Shown: positions 17,974 through 19,098 of the stretch, one piece after another | Position numbering within the stretch: position 1 is the stretch's first letter | Layout of the letters: every line of letters begins with the position of its first letter | From: Oligoflexales bacterium | GTDB taxonomy: Bacteria > Bdellovibrionota_B > Oligoflexia > Oligoflexales > RGVZ01 | Reading direction: 5' to 3' | Assembly: GCA_044236265.1 (NCBI GenBank) | Contig: JBIIGV010000052.1 | Location: 1 to 19,098, forward strand | DNA length: 19,098 nucleotides | Notes under the pieces: generated by a model | Told to the model about the DNA's origin: nothing | The model's input: the letters and a program-made list of their open reading frames with translations, nothing else | Databases searched by the model: none | Program-made: the position numbers and the translations under genes

Positions 17974-18960
17974 TTACAATCTAATGACGGAGCACTGAAT
18001 CGCTGCTCCCTTCAGACCGTTCACATCATCCATGATAACAAAAACCGGTATTGATTTCAGTAGCTCACTGAATCGACCTTTATCTGTAAATCCGCGCATA
18101 AAGTATTTTTGCAGATCATTGCTTATACGTGGGGCGATACCTCCACCAAGGAAGACGCCCTGACGCGGAACGCATTTTACGGCCAAATTGGCGGCCTCTC
18201 GTCCATATAGCGTTGCATAAAGCGCGACGACGTCGCTTGCAAAGGGGTCTCCCGCAGCGTTTGCTTTGATGATGGGTTCGCCCCAGTCAAATTGGCTTGA
18301 TGGCAGGCTTCCCAAGTATGCAGGAAGTTCCGTCTTTCGATGTCCTGCCAAAAAGCGCGATAAATTCCTAAAGCCATCTCGTCCCCCAAGCACTCTTTCC
18401 CAACTTACGTGCTCGGGGTATTCGCGTCGTAAATACAGAAGCAACTCGTCTTCGATAGGGTTTGTGGGACTAAAGGATGCGTGGCCGCCTTCTCCTGGCA
18501 TGGGGTGATGGGTTTTCCCGTTCCAACCGATAATCGCTTCGCCGAGGCCCGTGCCTGCTGCGATCAATGCCATGGCTCCGGGGCCCGGTGAACCGGGATT
18601 GATCGTAAATTTTCCAGATGCCTCGAGACCAAGAAGCCCCCAGCCGTGGGATTCCATGTCGTTACAAATTTTAAATGGAGTGTGGAACGTGTGTTCCATC
18701 TCATCGGAATCGATACTCCAGCCAAGGTTTGTCAGATGAACGCGGCCATCGATCACGGGTCCAGCAACCCCAGCTCCAATGGCGTCAAATTTCAGTTCAG
18801 GGTTTTGATTACACCAAGTGGTGACCATGGAAGGTAAAGAGCGAAAGTCGCTACTCGCAAATTTTGTTAATCCTAGAATCTTTGTGACCTTGGTTCCTTC
18901 AATCGTGCACTGTCCCAATGCAGACTTGGTCCCTCCGATATCGATGGCCAGAATTTTCAT
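17974..18960 (-). CDS. glk: Glucokinase
   Basis: IDIGGTK, NDMES, AGTGLGEA, EGGH, SWERVL and GGGIAPRI motifs; start placed at MKILAI (ATG 18960). Confidence 0.95.
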   Translation of the reverse strand: MKILAIDIGGTKSALGQCTIEGTKVTKILGLTKFASSDFRSLPSMVTTWCNQNPELKFDAIGAGVAGPVIDGRVHLTNLGWSIDSDEMEHTFHTPFKICNDMESHGWGLLGLEASGKFTINPGSPGPGAMALIAAGTGLGEAIIGWNGKTHHPMPGEGGHASFSPTNPIEDELLLYLRREYPEHVSWERVLGGRDGFRNLSRFLAGHRKTELPAYLGSLPSSQFDWGEPIIKANAAGDPFASDVVALYATLYGREAANLAVKCVPRQGVFLGGGIAPRISNDLQKYFMRGFTDKGRFSELLKSIPVFVIMDDVNGLKGAAIQCSVIRL

Positions 18961-19098
18961 AGTGTGCACAGCCCCCCCCCTCACTCCTTCGGTAATCTAC
19001 CGAGAGAAAGTCCACATCGCTAGTAGATAATCATCACCCAGCAATACGGCCGGAGTTTGGCGGCAAAGGTTGTTTTGCCCGTTGAAACCTTGATGCCT

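Noticed and set aside
18985..19098. 3' end of a gene upstream of glk
   Set aside because: Several short minus-strand frames are open to the window edge and none can be identified.

Overview
Bacterial chromosomal window, probably Bdellovibrionota/Oligoflexia-like (inferred from gene content: secreted trypsin lipoprotein, NSCGVREW-type STAS-like protein, orphan minor-pilin cluster). It has two parts. (1) About 1-6.4 kb is an accessory region of five unrelated exported or lipoprotein genes in mixed orientation: a hypothetical protein, an HExxH metallopeptidase-like protein, a trypsin-like protease with a duplicated 4-Cys C-terminal domain, an SH3-like protein and a DUF1566/C-type-lectin-like protein. 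These genes are separated by a dispersed family of palindromic elements that share GGGACAC...GTGTCCC ends, several followed by stuttered CTGAATT tails. This repeat-delimited gene array is the most interesting signal; no recombinase or transposase is visible in the window. (2) About 6.5-19 kb is mostly core genes: cheW, cheA and a STAS-like gene behind a sigma28-like promoter, eno, pepA, a gph-like HAD hydrolase, a lipoprotein with a sigma54-like promoter, a three-gene pilin-like cluster, a small secreted protein and glk.
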